From assembly GCF_009914755.1 (NCBI RefSeq), contig NC_060942.1: a DNA stretch of 64,000 bases; one strand, given 5' to 3'. The stretch comes from the human T2T-CHM13v2.0 reference genome, Homo sapiens. The position numbers and the translations under genes are program-made. The notes beneath the pieces were generated by a model, which was given only the letters and a program-made list of their open reading frames with translations, made no database searches and was not told where the DNA came from. This document shows, in pieces, positions 58,301 to 64,000 of this stretch. Positions within the stretch are counted from its first letter, which is position 1; every line of letters starts with the position of its first letter.

Positions 58301-61208
58301 CTACGCATGATTGTGAAAAGCCATTATATTCATGACTTTCAAACTCCCTGATTTCTATTAAATTAATTACAATGTATCCAAAAATAATATAAGCATCTAT
58401 TAGTGTGAAGGTCTCCCAAATTACATGTAGAATTACCTAAAATACCATATTATCATCTACGTATACGTCTTCTTCTAATTCATTATTATATTACTAATTA
58501 TTGGCAGGAATTAAGAGGTTCAAGTCTTAGAGCAATGCATTTTTTTCTGTTTTGTCACAACAAAATGTTTGGGTTTTTATTTTCGGAATTAATAAATTTG
58601 ACTCTTCAGGCACTAGTGAGTTACCAACTTTTCCCCTCTCATTTTGCCTTAGGAGGCATAGAAAATGTCTTTGCTATGCTCTGTTTCCCTTTTTATCCCT
58701 CTCCCATATAGGCACACGGACCACTATCCAGTGCTGTTTCACAGAACAAGGCCCTGTTTTGTGTCCAAAAGCAGAAAATCCAATTCTCAGAGCCACCATA
58801 CTTCTATATACTTCATGAAATAAGAACCATCTTTAAAGAACATCTCAATGATAAATATGCAGAAGAAAACAAAGTTTGTTGATAAAAATCCATTTCAGAT
58901 ATGACAGTCTGCTCAACATGCAGGAAAAGAAGGTCAGAACCTGATTTAGTTCTTGTTATTCCACCATTACTCAATAAGGCATTTGAAACTGTTTCCTTAG
59001 AAGTTGACAGAGCATAATTTAATGTTGCAAGAATATTAATCACAGTAAGCATCTTGAATAACTCCAAACCAGAGTTCACAAAAACATGTGAGCATCTGTT
59101 TCCTCTTGAATCAGTTGTAGACACTTTTTAAACATGTTTCTGCTCCTAAAATCACATCTTCTATAACATTTTTCACCATCTGCAAAATATTGCACATAGT
59201 TGGCTTGGGTGACAGTGACTAGCAATCCGCTATGCTAACACACATTATTAAAGAATGGTCTGCCTTCTCTTAGAGTAGTAAATGATACATGAAGGACATT
59301 ACTCATGATTTTTCACTCCTCATACTAAAACGTGTTAAAAACTATATGATAATTAAAGCAGTGTGATGTTAGCACCAAAACAGACACAGATGGATAAATG
59401 GAGCAGGTTTAGAAGCCTGATACTTGATATATGGTAAATATGGCAGTTCAAGTGAGCAGAGAAATGTACTGAAAGAGTCAGATAGATTTTTTAAAATTGT
59501 TAAATCTCTAACTGCAGATAGGGAGAAGGGAATGGTGAAATGTGAAATGACCCCTACACATTCACATCCCAACCAGCAGGCTTCCTTTCATATCTCTTCC
59601 GTCGTATGGCCGCCCTTGAACCAATCACTGGCAATGGAAATGTAACCATCATTGTAACCTAGACTTGTGAGCAACTGCCTGCGTCACATGGGCAAAAGGT
59701 AGACATGATAACAAAATCAGGACTCTTCTACATGAATGAAGGAGGAGTTACTGTTGTTTAAGCAAGCATTAGTATATGCCACATCAATGTAGTTAACTTT
59801 GCAGAAATACCAGGTAATATCGTCCCCTCAAGAGCTTAAAACAATTGAGTTTATAACAGAGGTGATGTTTAATAGGGCAGACTCTCATGAGCCATTACCA
59901 AACAGTGGTAATAATAGCTATGTAACAGTGCTTTGAGTTTTATGATATTGTCCTGGTCTTATCTTAAATATTTTATTTTTCGCTAGTCTAGTCTAGTTGG
60001 TGCCAGTATAGACACCATGTTTACTTTTTCATCTAGCCTTTTTTCATACTTTCACCCCACCAGCAGTGCTCTATGCCATTCTTTGCAGTAAAATCAGTGC
60101 TGCCTTTGCTGCTGCTGCAATAGCTAATGTTTCTAAGTAACCTTTATTGAATACTTCCTCTGTTCCTGACACAGATGAACATTTTCATGAATTATCTCAT
60201 CTATTTCTCTAAATTGCCTTATGAAATAATCTTGTTTCCCCTAAATGCAAGTGGTAGAATGAGACACGTGCATGGGCTGGCTGTGGAAGAAACCACCATT
60301 TCCTTTCCCTGTACCCAAACCCATCTGAACACAACTTCCTTTGCACTCTGGCTACTACCAGAATTTTGCTCCTTTTGTTGATTCTTAAGCCCTGTTACCA
60401 AAGGGGTAACAATGTGTGCTTTATTTATCACAAATCTTGATGTGAATGAGTAGTCTCCAAGCAGCACTGGGTGAAGTAAAGAGACGAGGCTAACCTGAAG
60501 GAAACCTAGTTATAGCAGAGCAGAGGGAAGCAATAAAGAAAAACATAACTACTTCATTATTTTGCCGTGGCTTGAATGTAACCTTTCTTAATAACCAGGA
60601 CAGCCAAAGAGGCTACCATTGCTTGAGCACCTACACTGTCTACTACCTGTAAAGAAGTTGGATGTTATTTCCACTGTATTGTAGAAGAGGAAAGATGGAG
60701 CTCAGAAAAGCTAAACACCTTTTGAAAGACCACGTATCCAGTTAAGTTGCATATTACAGTTCAGATCCAAAACTCATGCCCATTCCTCCTCAGTACCACA
60801 CTGTCTTTATATTTCCATACCTTATACTGTTTTAAAGTGTTACTTTATCTTGAAGCCCACTACAAATTTTTTGTAACTTTGTCTTAGTGTGAACCCTTCT
60901 TTATGGATCCTGCCACCAAATCTTGACTCACAAATGTTAACTTTGCAGACAGACCAGGTAATATCATCCCTTCAAGAGCTTAAAACATTTAAGTTTGTAA
61001 CAGAGGTGTTTTACAGGGCAGACTCTCATAAACCATTACCCAACAGTGGTCATAATATAATAATAAAAAGGGGCATTTGGATGACATGCATAATAAACAG
61101 GTGCTTGTTTCCTCATATGAGGCAATTCCTTAAAAAAAAAAAAAAAGCAAACAAACAAAAACAACAACAAAAAGGGATGGGGGAGCTACATAAGGGAACT
61201 AAAGGAGG

Positions 61209-61653
61209 TGTTTTAGTCAGGATTCACCAGGAAAGCAGAATCAATACATAGAGAAATATTTGTTTTAAGGAAGTGGTTCATGTGTTTGTGAAGGATGGCA
61301 AGTCTAAAATATGCAGGGCGGGCTGGCAATCTGGATAACCAGGGAAGAGTTAACGTTGCAGTCTTGAGCCTGAATTCCTCAGGGAAGCATGTTGGGAAAT
61401 CAGACAGAGACTCTATGTTGCAGTCTTAAAGAGAATCTTCTTTATTGGGAAACCTCGGTCTTTGCTCTTACAGCCTTCAACTGGTTGGATAAGACCACCC
61501 ACGTTATGGAGAGTCATATGCTTTACTCAAGATCTAATAATTTAAATGTTAATTATATCTTTAAAAATATCCTACTGCAACATCTAGACAGGTGTTTGGC
61601 CAATCAACTGGAGACCATAGCCTAGCCAAGTTGACACAAAATTCACAATCACA
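61209..61653 (-). mobile_element. MLT2 (MLT2D-like) ERVL LTR
   Basis: tgttttagtcagg...gcctagccaagttgacacaaaattcacaatcaca. Confidence 0.75.
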
Positions 61654-62874
61654 GAAAAGTTAGGTGAAATTCACAGCAAGGACAGCAAATACAGCACATG
61701 CACATGTATCCACCCTCTCTGCCTGAGACCATGACAAATATCATTCATCAGCTAAGGCCCTCTTCTCCAGTGAGTTCTACACAGCTCAGCTCCAAAAATC
61801 CAAGCACAATTGGCATAGGAGTTGAAATCTACTAGTTGTCCATAGCCTGGACCACGTAGTCCAGTACCATTACCGCGGATAATGTTTGACGAGGCCAGCA
61901 ACTAATGTGGCAGCCTCAGTCTCCTCTGAGGTCTCTCTTAGTTTATCTGGATTTTTAAAAATACTACTGTTTTCCAGTTTACATGGATTTTAGAAAATCT
62001 AGATAAACTAAAAGCAAGAAAAACATTTTGTCCCAATTAACATACTTCTGAGCAAAAAGATAAAACTTCATAATAATCTACATACATAATTGTCTAGGAA
62101 CAAAATGATTTTTATCTCATTAAAACCTGCTTATGTAAACTACCTAACATGATAGCTAATGCCTGGTAGGTTGCAGTTATTCTTCACCTGCAGCCTTTCA
62201 GGCCTGTGATGGCCTAAAGTTTTAATAACTATAACCATTTGAAATTCTACACTGGGTACAATTATACTTGTCAGTAAGACTGGCATGCCTTCTGTATTAC
62301 TAATTCACACATTTGGGATATTCAAAAATATTCTGATTTTTAACAAAAATACTGCCTATCGTGTGTGATGTGGCAAAATATGTGGCACTAGAAATTTTGG
62401 CAGAAATTCATTTGATCCTATCAATCACAAAATAAAGGCAAAATCCAACTTTGCAACAGAATACAAATATACTCCAAGTAAGAGGAAAGACTCAGCCTTT
62501 TAGACTCACATTTAACTTTGAATCAGGTTCCAAGGATCTCCACAGACAAGGCATTCATTCCATGTCTTCATTAACTATTTAGAGGTCTATTTATGTGATT
62601 GCTAACTCTATGTTTCCATTTTCCATAATGTGACCTGTAGTAAGCATTCACAACTTTGATATCATGGCCCCAGTTCTTTCATTGGATAACTGAGCAAGTT
62701 AAACACTGGGTTCCAATTTCCTTATGTTTAAATAACGGGGCATCCCTAGAATTTTGAGTCTCTGCTAAGCAAAGATAGTGTACAGTCCCCTGGCACATTG
62801 TACATCCTCATTAATAACAATAGCACACTTATATTTTATGTGTGTGTTGACTCATTTAATTCTCATGAAAACCA

Positions 62875-63412
62875 TAGCATGCAGATTGTTTTTCAAAATG
62901 ACCAAAGCAATATGCCTGTTTTCCCATTTTCTTCAGAACCTTGCCATTCTTCATCAAGAAACAGAGTGTCTTTAACCTCCCCTTGAACTGTGTGGGCACT
63001 TGTGACTGCCTCAATCAACAGAATATGGTAGAAGAAAAATGACAAGGATCTGTCATAAAAAGGAATACCTGGCTTTTTCTCCCTTGGGAGGCTTACCTTA
63101 GAAGCCAGACAACAGATGCAAGGAGACCTAGGCCACATGGGGATGCCACATGCAAGTGTTCCAATCAACAGAACCCAGCTAAGATCTTGGCTGGTTGAAC
63201 AGCATCAATCACCGGTCATGGGAGTGAACAAGCCTCTAGATGACTCCAGACCCCAGCATTCAAGTCATCCCAGCTGATGCCAAGTGAAGCAGAACCAAAC
63301 TATCCATGTCCAGCCCTGCCCTCTAAACTGAAGATTCATGACCCCAAAAGAATGGGGTCATGTTGTTAAGCCACAGCATTTTGTGGTGGGTTGCTATACA
63401 GTAACAGAACAA
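62875..63412 (+). mobile_element. MLT1 (G/H-like) MaLR LTR
   Basis: ctccccttgaactg...gtgactgcctcaatcaacagaatatggtagaag...gtcatcccagctgatgcc...gttaagccacagcattttg. Confidence 0.65.
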
Positions 63413-63536
63413 GGTTGGTAGTATTTTCTCTTCATTTTACACATGAGGAAACTGAGACAAAGAAAGTCCACAGGCTGAACTCTTAAACAATATGCTATAC
63501 TTCCATTTAATAAGTAATTATCAAAAGAATGATTAG

Positions 63537-64000
63537 TCATTCTGGGCAAGGATTTCTTGAGAAATACCCAACAAGCACAGACAACCAAAGCAAAAATGGA
63601 CAAATGGGATCACATCAAGTTAAAAAGCTTCTGCACAGCAAAGGAAACAATCAACAAAGTGAAGAGACAACCCACAGAATGGAAGAAAATGTTTGCAAAC
63701 TTCCCATCTGACAATGGATTAATACCAAAATATATAAGGAGCTCAAACAACACTACTGGAAAAAAATCTAATAATCCAATAAAAAATGGGCAACAGATCC
63801 GAATAGACAGTTCTCAAAAGAAGACATACAAATTGCAAACAGGCATATGAAAAAGTACTCAATATCATTGATCATCAGAGAAATGCAAATCAAAACTACA
63901 ATGAAATATCATCTCACCCCAGCTAAAATGGTTTATATCCAAAAGACAGGCAATAACAAATGCTGGCAAGGATGTGGAGAAAAGGGAACCTTTGTACATA
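63537..64000 (+). mobile_element. 5'-truncated L1 (L1MA/PB-like) ORF2 3' part, runs off the window
   Basis: ORF 63557-63850 [31 protein letters not shown] is the L1 ORF2 C-terminal region. Confidence 0.88.

Overview
Primate (human-like) genomic DNA, AT-rich and repeat-dense. No prokaryotic-type system is present. The only coding sequence I can support is the last exon of AKAIN1/C18orf42, a PKA-anchoring-inhibitor microprotein (minus strand, CDS 37835-38028). Its upstream exon is not recognised here, so 38029-64000 is read as intron. Positions ~3.8-26 kb are a nested stack of retroelements. A minus-strand L1MA carries an AluJ, a tailless U2 snRNA fragment and a full MSTA provirus. It lies head-to-head with a plus-strand L1MA3-like element that carries a full-length L1PA6/7 and a BOD1 processed pseudogene, and the pseudogene itself contains an AluSq and an MLT2A LTR. 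The rest holds Alus, solo LTRs, DNA-transposon relics, MIR/L2 and old L1. The most unusual signals are several locally templated duplications or inversions and two CpG-retaining islands in old retroposed DNA. Nearly all ORFs in the track are L1 fragments or chance ORFs. Repeat subfamily names come from recalled consensus sequences and need RepeatMasker/Dfam confirmation.
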